Source: a virus
Virus record (IMG/VR): IMGVR_UViG_3300025162_000024
Location: 60,319-124,318 of that record
Direction: 5' to 3' (one strand)
DNA length: 64,000 nucleotides
The position numbers and the translations under genes were made by a program. Below, piece by piece: positions 18,355-27,812 of the stretch. The first letter of the stretch is position 1, and every line of letters begins with the position of its first letter. The notes beneath the pieces are model-generated. The model saw nothing but the letters and a program-made list of their open reading frames with translations, had not been told where the DNA came from and did not search any database.

Positions 18355-19107
18355 TCACGTATATACCTGGCAGTCCGGCATATTGTCCAGAGCCGAGAAA
18401 TCCTTGACCCGACTTCCGTACAGTCGCACGCAACGCAGCTTGCGTAGTTTGGCGAGGGGCCGTACGTCGCTGACCGAGGTGCCCACTATACTCAGCCATC
18501 TCAGGTTCCGGCAGTGGGCCAGGGCCGAGATATCCTTGACCCCCGTGTCTCCCAGGTTCAGGTCATCGAGCTTCATGCAGTGGGCCAGGGACGAGATATC
18601 CCTGACGTTGGTATCAGTCAGATAGAGATTACTGAGTCTCTTGCACTTGGCCAGCCCGCTGATATCTCGGATCGTAGTTCCACTCAGATCCAGCATCTCC
18701 AGTTTCGGGCACTCGGAGAGCCTCTCGCTGACCACCGCCGCCTTGATCCCTCGCCTGTATGGCATGTCGAGTTCGGTAATATCCCGAAGGAACCTTTGGG
18801 GCAGGATCTCAAACAGGTTGTCGGCCGCCGCATTCAAGTCCGCGGCTATCATCCGATTCAGGCGGCCAGCGGCTATATCTCGGAGCATCCCCCGGGGTAC
18901 TCCTTGGCGGCCCTCGCAATCCTCTCCCCAGGTCACCCCGTGCACCCTGCGGATTGCACTGTGCCCGACCGCCTCCTCCCAGGTCATCTCCCCATTCGCG
19001 ATCAAGGCCTTCACATCGTTGTCCGTGTTCCAGACTGCCTTGGCCTTTTTTCCAGTAGCAGTGTAGGTCGCACCCGTGATCCAACTAGGTATATCGCACA
19101 TGTTCAA
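18355..19107 (-). CDS. leucine-rich repeat protein (22-aa internalin-like LRRs)
   Basis: five LxxLxLxxTxVxDISxLAxC-type units; near-identical 66-bp DNA period at about 18511 and 18577. Confidence 0.88.
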   Translation of the reverse strand: MNMCDIPSWITGATYTATGKKAKAVWNTDNDVKALIANGEMTWEEAVGHSAIRRVHGVTWGEDCEGRQGVPRGMLRDIAAGRLNRMIAADLNAAADNLFEILPQRFLRDITELDMPYRRGIKAAVVSERLSECPKLEMLDLSGTTIRDISGLAKCKRLSNLYLTDTNVRDISSLAHCMKLDDLNLGDTGVKDISALAHCRNLRWLSIVGTSVSDVRPLAKLRKLRCVRLYGSRVKDFSALDNMPDCQVYT

Positions 19108-19129
19108 ATCTCCTTGTTTGTCAGCACTC

Positions 19130-19465
19130 TCACGCCACTCTTCTCGTGTGTACCGGTGGATCAGGGATCCAAGCCAGGTACTGGTCCCAGCCCAATCCCC
19201 ACTCCCTGCGGTAGACGATCCCCCCGAACTCCAGCAGAAGACTCATCTGTAGCCTTCCCTTCCGATCAGGCTGGTAACTCGGCAGGGTCCTGGACCCTCT
19301 GTAGATCAGGATGTCCCCGGCCTTCGCCAGGATCGCGGGCGTCCCGTCCATCTCATACAGGTTCAGGGCCTGGATGACCTCAAACCGCTGGCCACCCTCC
19401 CAGAGATGCCCGTCTTCTCCCAATACCACATGATCAGGCTGATACTTCTCAGATGCTCGACGCAT
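19130..19465 (-). CDS. hypothetical protein
   Basis: AGGAG SD. Confidence 0.6.
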   Translation of the reverse strand: MRRASEKYQPDHVVLGEDGHLWEGGQRFEVIQALNLYEMDGTPAILAKAGDILIYRGSRTLPSYQPDRKGRLQMSLLLEFGGIVYRREWGLGWDQYLAWIPDPPVHTRRVA

Positions 19466-19500
19466 GATATCTCCTGGTAAAAACTCAAACCAGATTCAGG

Positions 19501-20157
19501 TCACGCTGCAGTCTCCCGCCGCTTTCGCTCGTCTTGGACCATCTCGATGAGCCCGGCATAGCCCGCAACGTCCACGATCGAGTCTCGGTGCCCTGGACTC
19601 TGTACGAGCCGGGCAAGCTTTGTCCCGACCATGCACAAGATCGCTTGTTCAGGAGTAACCTGAGTTCCTAGGATCTCCGACCAGATCCGAGCTGTACGCC
19701 CCCAGTTGTCCAGCGGATGGCCGTACGCCGCCTGTCTGTTCTGGTTGATCAGCCGATGGGCTTCGACCAAGACCGGCTCCGATGCGGGTTCTGCCACCTT
19801 GGCCACCTGTGGAGATGTGGGCTTGATCTGCACTACAGGCTCATCCTGGATATATGAGTCCTTGAGGATCTCCCGGATCTGCTCCATGAACCCGCTGTTC
19901 GCCGGATCAGTCAGAGGCACGGCCATCGCATGATCAAGCTTCTCCATGGTCTCAGCCAGGATCATTGCTGCAACGATCGCTTGGGGCTTGAATGAGTGTC
20001 CGACACCCTCGCTGAATCGTTTCCGGATAAAGTCACGCAGCTCGGAGAGTAACGCAGTATTCTCCGGCTTCCACTTAGTCATGGATCCCGTCGCGTAGAC
20101 CAGTGCGTTACACACCTGCCCTACATACGTCTCTACCGCTTTGAACTCTTCGCTCAT
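19501..20157 (-). CDS. DUF6378-like protein (phage nucleotide-metabolism associated)
   Basis: LINQNRQAAYGHPLDNW..TA.IWS.ILG...CM...KLARL...HRDS.VDVAGYA. Confidence 0.7.
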   Translation of the reverse strand: MSEEFKAVETYVGQVCNALVYATGSMTKWKPENTALLSELRDFIRKRFSEGVGHSFKPQAIVAAMILAETMEKLDHAMAVPLTDPANSGFMEQIREILKDSYIQDEPVVQIKPTSPQVAKVAEPASEPVLVEAHRLINQNRQAAYGHPLDNWGRTARIWSEILGTQVTPEQAILCMVGTKLARLVQSPGHRDSIVDVAGYAGLIEMVQDERKRRETAA

Positions 20158-20174
20158 CTTACGTATCTCCTTTT

Positions 20175-20396
20175 CTATCGTTCTCTCGAGAGCCGGGCCG
20201 GTGTAGCCATCCGCCCATCGAAAACTCGGTCACAACTGGCACAGAGGCTAATACCGGGCAACCTCGGCTCCTTGCGGCACTTAGTACACAACTTCCGATC
20301 AGCTGCTCTGACCACTGGCATTGGATACCGGTTCGGAAGTCGGTCTCCTTTGTACCCGGTCAACGAGTAGCCCGGCGGGAGCCTTTTCCTTGCCAA
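20175..20396 (-). CDS. small zinc-finger protein
   Basis: GGAGGAGG SD; CTKC...CASC. Confidence 0.6.
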   Translation of the reverse strand: MARKRLPPGYSLTGYKGDRLPNRYPMPVVRAADRKLCTKCRKEPRLPGISLCASCDRVFDGRMATPARLSRER

Positions 20397-20659
20397 CCTG
20401 AACCTCCTCCGTAGCCTCCAAGGTCTTTCTTCACCAGATTCCCAAACCCATGTTGGGCCAGGAACGCGTCAGCCTGCTTCTCCAGGTCCCCGCCGCCCTC
20501 CGCAGCCCGCCGCTTTAGCTCTGCGTCTGCCTCGTCCGCCAGATTAGCGAAGTCCCCGTCCTGGAGCTCCCCGACCATCCACCGCAGATAGTCGTCGGGG
20601 AGCTCGCTGATCTTACTGCCCTGATAGTTTCCGAATGGAATACGCGTAGAAGAACTCAC
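20360..20659 (-). CDS. DUF3820/YpeB-like small protein
   Basis: IPFGNYQGSKISELPDDYLRWM. Confidence 0.75.
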   Translation of the reverse strand: MSSSTRIPFGNYQGSKISELPDDYLRWMVGELQDGDFANLADEADAELKRRAAEGGGDLEKQADAFLAQHGFGNLVKKDLGGYGGGSGWQGKGSRRATR

Positions 20660-21174
20660 TAGTAGACCTCCGCCATCGCCTGCCAGTCCACCTTACCCGC
20701 CGACCGGAAGCTGCTCCCGACCTGAGCCCCAAGCTCGACCCGGGGGAAGCCCGGAATGCAGATCTCGCCGTCGGCCGCGAAGTAGAAGCCGTACACTTCC
20801 TCGAACTCGGCACAGGGCGTTCTCCGCACGGTCAGGATGCTCGTCGGACTCTCTGGCAGGGTCCATCCGGCTTCCCAGGTGCCTGCCGTCGGCAGCTGGA
20901 GGCTCTCTACACGCTTATCCAGGAGCGACCCAGTGAACCGGCGGAGCCACCCAGGCAACCGGCTTGGATCTGTGTTCTTCACCCGCTGGAGACCTCGTAC
21001 TACGATCAGCGATCGGCTCACGGCGTCCATCCGGGCGAGCATCTCACCGTTCGTCGCCAGGATGGTGAACGGCGTGTCATGATCCATGTAGATCTGGTGA
21101 TAGTCCTCGATCGGCGAAACACGCCCCGAAGGGACGATGAAGCAGCACTTGGTCACGAGAAATCCTTTCCCCAC
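20659..21174 (-). CDS. hypothetical protein
   Basis: 171-aa ORF coupled to the downstream gene. Confidence 0.6.
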   Translation of the reverse strand: MGKGFLVTKCCFIVPSGRVSPIEDYHQIYMDHDTPFTILATNGEMLARMDAVSRSLIVVRGLQRVKNTDPSRLPGWLRRFTGSLLDKRVESLQLPTAGTWEAGWTLPESPTSILTVRRTPCAEFEEVYGFYFAADGEICIPGFPRVELGAQVGSSFRSAGKVDWQAMAEVY

Positions 21175-21185
21175 GCCGGGGAAGT

Positions 21186-21314
21186 TCAGGTTTGCTTGCG
21201 TACGGAGAGTGCAACAAGCACTACTCCTAGAGCTCCGAAGAGCAACGGGCTAGTCAGCAAAAGCAGCAGTAAAATAAGCATGCCGCTCAGCTTCAGACCT
21301 AAGTTAGTATTCAT
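21186..21314 (-). CDS. 42-aa hydrophobic membrane peptide
   Basis: MNTNLGLKLSGMLILLLLLLTSPLLFGALGVVLVALSVRKQT. Confidence 0.45.
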   Translation of the reverse strand: MNTNLGLKLSGMLILLLLLLTSPLLFGALGVVLVALSVRKQT

Positions 21315-21318
21315 CTTA

Positions 21319-21340
21319 ATATTTCAGCGCGCTAAAATAT
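21319..21340. promoter_or_regulatory. near-perfect palindrome ATATTTCAGCGCGCTAAAATAT (candidate operator), copy 1
   Basis: 19 bp identical to 35755-35773. Confidence 0.55.
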
Positions 21341-21677
21341 CTCCAGAAAATTCACCTCAATTTAGCCGTGTATTCTGAGCCTGTTTTCACTTAAGTGCAG
21401 TTTGTACCTACACTTATGAATCTCACGCTCAGACACATTCTCCTGATGTTGGTTTCCAGAAGCCACAAAAGGTCGTTTGCAGAGGTTTGACAGGCTATAG
21501 ATCAGGCCTGTTCGGCCCTAAACTAGCCTGTGGACCCCCCTGTTAGGCCACTTAGGAGCAGCCTAAATCAACTCGTGTAAACTTCTCAGCTCTGTAAACC
21601 ACCTCAATCAGGTAAATGTTACCCAGCTAGATCGCAGATCTCCTCGGTTTGCGCCGACGGGTTTACAACCAATAGAC

Positions 21678-21711
21678 AGAGGAGACCGGTCGTCCGTGAC
21701 CGACCTCCTCT
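21678..21711 (-). terminator. hairpin after the 21726 gene
   Basis: AGAGGAG/CTCCTCT outer stem plus CGGTC/GACCG inner stem. Confidence 0.45.
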
Positions 21712-21725
21712 CGTAGGCCGGTGGA

Positions 21726-22340
21726 TTACGCCAGGAGCTTGCGGATGGAAGCGGGAAGGATGGTCATTGCGTCGAGCGACCCGAGCATCTTCTGGCCTTC
21801 GTCGCTACTCCCGAGTGATGCACGGGTCAATTTGGCCTGGGCAACACGGGCCGCAGTCGGCAGCTTGTTGATCGCCTCGTTCAGCTCACAACGAAGGCCG
21901 TGGAGCTCCTCGAAGTTCTTGGCCGCTCTGTCCAGCTCCTCCGCCTTCTTCTGGTAGGCAGGGGACGTCTTGGACTTGATATCGAACGAGAATCTTACCT
22001 GGGCACTTCCCGTGATCTGCCCGTCGGAGACCCGTTCTTCAACGGTCAGGCTGTACTCGATCTTGAGCCGTTTCAGGAGCTCTTCGATCTCGGCCAGGCC
22101 CTTGATCGAGGCCCTAGCCTCTTCCGTGCCCAACTTCTCCAGGTCCTCGCGGATCCGGGTCATGCCGGCCTGGACATCTTTGATCTGCCCGTTGGTCTCG
22201 AGTACCTTCTCTTGCAGCAGCTGCTCGTTCTCCGCGACGAGCATGTTGATAACGTCTGCAGATCCCAGATTGATCTTCAGGGCGATCTCGGGCTTACTCG
22301 AATCAACCGCAGTCGCCTGTACCTGTTGCACCTTCGCCAT
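21726..22340 (-). CDS. coiled-coil hypothetical protein
   Basis: AAAGGAG SD before MAKVQ. Confidence 0.75.
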   Translation of the reverse strand: MAKVQQVQATAVDSSKPEIALKINLGSADVINMLVAENEQLLQEKVLETNGQIKDVQAGMTRIREDLEKLGTEEARASIKGLAEIEELLKRLKIEYSLTVEERVSDGQITGSAQVRFSFDIKSKTSPAYQKKAEELDRAAKNFEELHGLRCELNEAINKLPTAARVAQAKLTRASLGSSDEGQKMLGSLDAMTILPASIRKLLA

Positions 22341-22911
22341 CAGAATTCTCCTTTGACACGCCCGCCGTATCCTCTTCTTGGAGGAAGGCTGGCAACTCCA
22401 GACCACTACCCACTAACCGGACACGCACCAATCCGCAGCCCGGAACCTCTTGGATATCCGAGCACACCACGATCAGCCCGCCATCCGCCAGGCGGTAGAA
22501 ATCAGCCGAGAGCCGTACCCTGCCCTTTCCCCGTTTCTCGGCCTCGAGCCATAGCCAATACCTGAACTCATCACTCTTCAGGACGACCCACGCACTATCC
22601 CCACGGGCCGCGGCCAGCCTGATCCTGCGTATATCCCCTCTCTGGGGCTCTCCTACGAGTGGCGGGCTCTCCCCGTACGCTGGCTGGACCGGGAACAGCT
22701 GATCATCGAAATCCTGTACTTCTAGCAGCTCTGCCCACAGCTTGGGCACGCTCAGGGTAGCTGCCTTCTCCACTGCCAGCCTCCGGTCTGCCGGGGTCAG
22801 ATCCCGGATCACCTGTATATCTTTAGGAGATAGGTACTCACGACCCAGATAGAGAGACACCCTAAGCAATCGGACGGCCGCATCTACGTCTGCCAATAAC
22901 CACCCCGCCAA
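22303..22911 (-). CDS. hypothetical protein
   Basis: 202-aa ORF overlapping neighbours. Confidence 0.55.
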   Translation of the reverse strand: MAGWLLADVDAAVRLLRVSLYLGREYLSPKDIQVIRDLTPADRRLAVEKAATLSVPKLWAELLEVQDFDDQLFPVQPAYGESPPLVGEPQRGDIRRIRLAAARGDSAWVVLKSDEFRYWLWLEAEKRGKGRVRLSADFYRLADGGLIVVCSDIQEVPGCGLVRVRLVGSGLELPAFLQEEDTAGVSKENSDGEGATGTGDCG

Positions 22912-23132
22912 CTTCTTGCATACCCTTGACTACCCTGACCGGCACGATCGTGGACCACAAAGCACTCTCGATCCCGCACCCATACCGCCTGATTAGTGTC
23001 GAGAGTTACCTGCACTCTCTCCTTACACACACTCTGGACTGTTCCGAACCTTCGACAATGGCCATCGAACGGTATGTTGACCCTCAGCCCGTTAAACAGC
23101 CGCTCTCCACAGCATGACACGGCTTCATACAC
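22884..23132 (-). CDS. small beta-rich hypothetical protein
   Basis: AAGGAG SD. Confidence 0.5.
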   Translation of the reverse strand: MYEAVSCCGERLFNGLRVNIPFDGHCRRFGTVQSVCKERVQVTLDTNQAVWVRDRECFVVHDRAGQGSQGYARSWRGGYWQT

Positions 23133-23145
23133 CGGTCATCTCCTT

Positions 23146-23337
23146 TCAACCTGCAGCCAGCCTGAGCTGACCTGGTACTACTTCAGATCGTTCTGCTCTG
23201 CTCGCCTTGCCCAAGGCCTCCTTGGCCTTACCCGCAGCTTCCACCAGCTGCTTACGACCGGCAGGGGACCATGGGCGTACCTTGAGCTCGTCCAGGGCCT
23301 CTCCGAGGTTCTGGATTACTTCTTCATAATTTGTCAT
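23146..23337 (-). CDS. hypothetical protein
   Basis: fills operon gap. Confidence 0.55.
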   Translation of the reverse strand: MTNYEEVIQNLGEALDELKVRPWSPAGRKQLVEAAGKAKEALGKASRAERSEVVPGQLRLAAG

Positions 23338-23340
23338 AGG

Positions 23341-23796
23341 TTATGGAAGAGAAAGGACTGTGATCGGGGCCAACCCGAGCTTCTGCTGCTCTTTGATCAG
23401 CTTCCTAATCTCTTTCTCTTCCTTGATCACTATCGCATAGATCTCGAGGAGCTTGGAGTACCCGGCTAGGTCCCCAGCCCTCAGCGGCTGGCTGGGAAAG
23501 TCCGGATCTCCGACCATCTTTGCCAAAGTCACGAGCTCACCTACACTTCCAGACCAGTCGAAGCTCGGACCGACCCCTGTCGAGAGCAGGGTGCTCATGG
23601 GGAGCGCAGGGTCATATATGAACTGGATCAGACCAGCGCGTTCCCCGAAAATAACCAGGGCCCAGCTCTGCCCTTCTTCGCCAGTATCTATGGCCGTAGC
23701 ATAGACGAAAAACTCAACCTGCCGGTGGGAGAGTGGGATGTCCTGGCCCGGAACCGGCTCTTTCATCTTCACAGGACTAAATCCTGTTTGTTCCAA
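23341..23796 (-). CDS. hypothetical protein
   Basis: 151-aa ORF. Confidence 0.6.
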   Translation of the reverse strand: MEQTGFSPVKMKEPVPGQDIPLSHRQVEFFVYATAIDTGEEGQSWALVIFGERAGLIQFIYDPALPMSTLLSTGVGPSFDWSGSVGELVTLAKMVGDPDFPSQPLRAGDLAGYSKLLEIYAIVIKEEKEIRKLIKEQQKLGLAPITVLSLP

Positions 23797-24464
23797 AGTT
23801 TACCCATCCTTTCTGAGGGTAGACCGACCAGAGCACAAAAGATGCGTGCCGTGGCCCGGACGTCGGCCAATGCGTCATGTGCACCGACAAACGCACACTT
23901 ACAGAGCTTCTGGTGGGCTTCCTGGGCCTTTGGCCATTTGTAACCATTGCGGGTCCCTGGGATCTTGCAGATGTCCGTGGACTGGCGCATGGTGCAGATC
24001 ACGGGTTTGGCCAGCTCTAGGGACATGTCGATCCCGGCCCTGTGGGCAGCCGATCGCATGATCTTCAGATCGAACTCTAGGTTATGCCCCACCTGGATAT
24101 CCGAGACGGCCAACAGATCCTTCAGCAGTCTGACCGCGGACGCCCTGGGCACCCCCATCTTCCGAGTCTTATCCCGGGAGATTCCGTGCACCTCAAATGC
24201 CCCTTGATCGACAGGGATCTCCCCATGGACCAACAGGCTCAACTGGGAAATGATCTCTACATCCCCCGTCTCTGAGGCCTCCGGTACGCTCAAGAGCATT
24301 GCAGCCAGCTGGACGATGTCCGGCTGGCTCGGATCCTCTGGCGGCAGATTCTTGGTGAATCCGGTAGTCTCGGTATCCCAAACGGTGTACAGCATACGAT
24401 CACCTCGGCTAGTTGCGGGCTCCGGACTCCCGGGACCCGCGTCAAACTCGGTTATTACGCTCAT
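23769..24464 (-). CDS. DEDDh 3'-5' exonuclease (DnaQ-like)
   Basis: WDTETTG, VHGIS, VGHNLEFD, AHDALADV. Confidence 0.92.
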   Translation of the reverse strand: MSVITEFDAGPGSPEPATSRGDRMLYTVWDTETTGFTKNLPPEDPSQPDIVQLAAMLLSVPEASETGDVEIISQLSLLVHGEIPVDQGAFEVHGISRDKTRKMGVPRASAVRLLKDLLAVSDIQVGHNLEFDLKIMRSAAHRAGIDMSLELAKPVICTMRQSTDICKIPGTRNGYKWPKAQEAHQKLCKCAFVGAHDALADVRATARIFCALVGLPSERMGKLWNKQDLVL

Positions 24465-24724
24465 TTGAAACCTAGATCATTTAGTTTGCTTCGGAATTCA
24501 GTGGCCACCACATTCAGTGCCTTCCGATGCTCGTCTTTCAATGCCTGCAGATCAGCGAGTATCTTGCGGCCAGCCTTGCCCTCTACGAGTCTGGATGGCT
24601 TAAACAGGTATCCCGGACCGTACCCCTTGATCTCAACGCTTTCCCCGCTCATCTTCACGACCCGCCCGCCAAGATAGTACGGGAACAGATCGTAGGGCCA
24701 GAACGCGTACAGCTCATCTTGCAT
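24461..24724 (-). CDS. hypothetical protein
   Basis: SD; YAFWPYDLFPYYLGG. Confidence 0.65.
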   Translation of the reverse strand: MQDELYAFWPYDLFPYYLGGRVVKMSGESVEIKGYGPGYLFKPSRLVEGKAGRKILADLQALKDEHRKALNVVATEFRSKLNDLGFK

Positions 24725-25148
24725 TGATCTCCCTCACCTGTTTAGCAGTAAGGACCCTCATAAACTTGATCGATCCAGCAATCAGCCATTCTCCACCCTG
24801 GTTCTTAGGACGAGGAAAGCGGTAGAAGCCCCCTGTTGGCATATTCCCCATCAGATCACCGGAAGGCGTCATGTCCGCCAGCCACTGCCAGTCAGATCCG
24901 GGGATCCTCGCTTCGACCCACACCCGGTCCTCGGCAAGCGTCCCATCCCGCTTCAGCAGATGAGGAGCCCAGGGCTTTATACTCACGTGCCAACCCGGCC
25001 TGACCGCGTACCCCGTGGTCTTCAGGCACTCTGCAGGCATCCACCTTCCGAACAGTACAGGTTGGCTCTTTCCAATGAACAGCGGAAAGAGCTGTCCCGG
25101 CCTGCTCTTAAGCCTCCTCAGTAACTTGTAACACTTTAACGTCTTCAA
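24714..25148 (-). CDS. phage protein with RPGWH motif
   Basis: YKL...LFPLFI...YAVRPGWH...APHL...RVWVE...WLIAGSIK. Confidence 0.7.
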   Translation of the reverse strand: MKTLKCYKLLRRLKSRPGQLFPLFIGKSQPVLFGRWMPAECLKTTGYAVRPGWHVSIKPWAPHLLKRDGTLAEDRVWVEARIPGSDWQWLADMTPSGDLMGNMPTGGFYRFPRPKNQGGEWLIAGSIKFMRVLTAKQVREINAR

Positions 25149-25920
25149 CCGACTTCTTCCTTTTGCTAAGTCCTTCTATCGCCGGGATCAGCCTGTCCAG
25201 GGCGTCTCTAGCCTTACCCAAGTCTGCAGTAAACCCGTGAGGGACTCCGGCCATCACCTGGGCCAAAGCCTCCTGCCTATTGTGAGTCCACCGGCCAAGG
25301 TTCTCAACGTCAACCCCGAGCCCGACCAAATCCGCTCTGAAATCCTGGAGGGCATGTACACTCTGTCGGATATGGTTGTTCTCATCCTGCAGGGCTGTCA
25401 TCTTCTCTCGGATCTTACCTTTGATCTGGTATGAAATGTCAGAAGCGGCCCGCTTACTCTCAAGGCGAGCCCGCCACAACCCCAACCGGTACTCCCTGTT
25501 ATCTGAGTCTGGCGGACCCAGCCGGCACATCAGTATGTACCTGTACAGGTCCTCAGGGACCTGTACCTGCCTGCTCGGAGCCTTTTTCTTCGTGGTCAGC
25601 CCGCGGCCCGTCTTCTGCACCCAGAGAAGGCCGGCTTCGGCCGGCAACTCTTCAGGCTTGATCAGACCGCTGGGGCAGACGAAGTAGAAGTCAGTACAGA
25701 GCGGCAGATAGTTCCTCCACTTAGTGTCACGCAGAAAATCTCCGCGATCGACCTTGACCTCGTAGCCGTAGCTGATCGGGTTGGACCAGCTCTTGAGCAT
25801 GGCCCAGGCGTCCAGACGCAGGTGATTGCCGTAGACGGTCGGACCATCTTTGCACTCTTGTACAAAGACGTCCGCAGCATGCTTCGCAGCCAGTAGTTTT
25901 ACGATCTGATCAGCGGTCAA
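25108..25920 (-). CDS. MmcB-like PD-(D/E)XK nuclease
   Basis: RLDAWA...YEVKVDRGDFLRDTKW..YL..C..FYFVCP.GLI..EELP..AGLL. Confidence 0.8.
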   Translation of the reverse strand: MTADQIVKLLAAKHAADVFVQECKDGPTVYGNHLRLDAWAMLKSWSNPISYGYEVKVDRGDFLRDTKWRNYLPLCTDFYFVCPSGLIKPEELPAEAGLLWVQKTGRGLTTKKKAPSRQVQVPEDLYRYILMCRLGPPDSDNREYRLGLWRARLESKRAASDISYQIKGKIREKMTALQDENNHIRQSVHALQDFRADLVGLGVDVENLGRWTHNRQEALAQVMAGVPHGFTADLGKARDALDRLIPAIEGLSKRKKSVEDVKVLQVTEEA

Positions 25921-26322
25921 TCACACCCAATTTAAATCAATACACAACTTCAGCAACTTGATCGAACGGCAGAGAATGGTTCCATCCGGAAGACTGTCCA
26001 TTTTAGTTCTTTGAAAGCCGCCCTCAATTCGCTGCCAAGCGTGCTTGCTTCTGGAGAGTACCGCCTCACACCGATACACCCGCCACCCGTAGTCTCCGAA
26101 CAACTTTCGTGCGAAGTAACGAGCCTGCCACTCGTAGTCAAATGCACAGAGCGGCCCGCAGTCAGCAGCAGGCTTTACCGTTCGTCCGATCTTATATTTC
26201 ACCGGCTTCAACACTCGAAGATTAGATCGAACCATCCATGACTTGTTGCCGGCGACCGCCGACAGCAGGCTAAACCGGACCACCTTGTACACCTGAATCG
26301 TCTTCTGTCTTCTCTTGACCAT
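25921..26322 (-). CDS. hypothetical protein
   Basis: AAGGAG SD; VYKVV...GPLCAF...PDGTILC. Confidence 0.65.
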   Translation of the reverse strand: MVKRRQKTIQVYKVVRFSLLSAVAGNKSWMVRSNLRVLKPVKYKIGRTVKPAADCGPLCAFDYEWQARYFARKLFGDYGWRVYRCEAVLSRSKHAWQRIEGGFQRTKMDSLPDGTILCRSIKLLKLCIDLNWV

Positions 26323-27256
26323 TGCTCACTCCTTGTTCATCCACAGGCGGATCCACCTGTCCATCGATCTTCACCTCTCCCTTGCCCATCCAACTGCACC
26401 AGACCCGTTCAGCCCTACGCGGTAGCTTCGTATGCCCCTGACTACTCCGATTAGGAACGTCCAGGGCCAGCCAACCCCAGGGGAGGGCTTCTTCATACAG
26501 CTGGCTGGGAGCCCCCATGATCATCACCAAGTGGCCCTCTGCGGCCCTCGCTTGGGCCAGCCCCAACATCTCCCGATGACGATCGTCGGACATCTCTCGC
26601 TGGCCAAAGATCCTCGTACTGGTCCTACACGACTTCACATACGGAGGATCCAGCAGGTAGAGGAACGGGCCTGGGAACATCGTGAGCCTGATGCTCATCA
26701 CTCTGCTGAAGTCCTGGCAGGTCACATTGGCCCCTTTGAGGACAGCGGCATACTCATCCAGATCTCGTAGAAACGTGTTCCACGCATGGAGACTCTCGGG
26801 CTCTCCACCCCGCAATCGCTTAGCCTCACAGAATCCTCCCATCAGCCCGCCACGGCTAAACCGGCGGACGACTGTTGAGACGATCGCCGTGTGCAACACA
26901 TCTGCGGTCTCCCCCGCATCTCTCATTCGCCGATATTCCGTGCGATATGTCAGAAAGGTGGGTTTGTCGTAGGTCAGAGGGAGGAGGGCCGCTTTGTACT
27001 TGGCGTATAGCAGGGGCTCTGCCAGGCACTGAAAGATCGAGGCCAGGAACGGATCCACATCGTTCACCACGCGACGAACGCCGGGAGGAGCGTTAAACAC
27101 GATACTCCCCCCGCCACAGAACGGATCGACCAGCGTCGAATAGGGGTGGCCCCTGGCCAGGTCCAGGATCCTCCGGCAGGTGTAGAACCGACCCCCATGG
27201 GTCTTGACCACCGGCCGATATTTTGCTCGCGTAAAGGTCAATATCTTCTTCGGCAT
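26270..27256 (-). CDS. DNA adenine methyltransferase (Dam/D12 class)
   Basis: GGRF, LVDPFCGGGSI, VVNDVD, YLLDPPY. Confidence 0.88.
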   Translation of the reverse strand: MPKKILTFTRAKYRPVVKTHGGRFYTCRRILDLARGHPYSTLVDPFCGGGSIVFNAPPGVRRVVNDVDPFLASIFQCLAEPLLYAKYKAALLPLTYDKPTFLTYRTEYRRMRDAGETADVLHTAIVSTVVRRFSRGGLMGGFCEAKRLRGGEPESLHAWNTFLRDLDEYAAVLKGANVTCQDFSRVMSIRLTMFPGPFLYLLDPPYVKSCRTSTRIFGQREMSDDRHREMLGLAQARAAEGHLVMIMGAPSQLYEEALPWGWLALDVPNRSSQGHTKLPRRAERVWCSWMGKGEVKIDGQVDPPVDEQGVSNGQEKTEDDSGVQGGPV

Positions 27257-27262
27257 AGCGAT

Positions 27263-27718
27263 CTACCCTCCTTTCTCAGAGTCGGTTTCCCATCCGGGGA
27301 TGACCGCCCGCATCTTCGGCCCGTTCTCCCTGAACCACTTCGAGTCAATCACCCGCAGTCGGACCAGTGGGTGATATTTTGCCATCCGCTTGAGCTTGGT
27401 CTTGCTCTTAGGGTCGAGCCAACCTTTTACTTCGTGATAGATTATTGCTCCATCTCGCTCTGTGACCCGGAAGTCTGGAAGGTAGGACCGGACCCCTCTG
27501 CGGATCTTCTCGAACCAGAAGGTCTCCGGTTCGTGAGCCCAGCCTACGATCTGGCCCTGGTCGACCAGGAACTGGAGGTAGCAAGCATAGTTGTACTCCC
27601 AGCGGCTGCGAAAGAAGATCTTCTTCCCGGCAATCTCCCGCCAACCCGCTTTACTCGTGTGCGTCCCGCCCTTGGTTTGTCTGAAGTTCATAGCGGCCCA
27701 TAATTGTACTGGGGTGAT
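27263..27718 (-). CDS. DUF1064-like PD-(D/E)XK endonuclease; start inferred at ATC 27718
   Basis: FRSRWE..YA.YL, W.HEP..F, YLPDF, YHEVKG; the 5' extension in the ORF track runs through a terminator. Confidence 0.75.
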   Translation of the reverse strand: MTPVQLWAAMNFRQTKGGTHTSKAGWREIAGKKIFFRSRWEYNYACYLQFLVDQGQIVGWAHEPETFWFEKIRRGVRSYLPDFRVTERDGAIIYHEVKGWLDPKSKTKLKRMAKYHPLVRLRVIDSKWFRENGPKMRAVIPGWETDSEKGG

Positions 27719-27760
27719 CTGGTCTCCTTTCTCCAGCCTAGGAAAACTGGGATATACGCC

Positions 27761-27799
27761 AAAACAAGAGCGGCGCGACACAGTATGTCGCGCCGCTCT
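27761..27799 (-). terminator. rho-independent terminator
   Basis: 14-bp stem AGAGCGGCGCGACA/TGTCGCGCCGCTCT then TGTTTT. Confidence 0.75.
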
Positions 27800-27812
27800 A
27801 CACGTCAGCCGG

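Noticed and set aside
27719-27781. ORF-track N-terminus (MSRRSCFG) of the DUF1064-like nuclease
   Set aside because: It starts inside a 14-bp terminator hairpin and has no SD.
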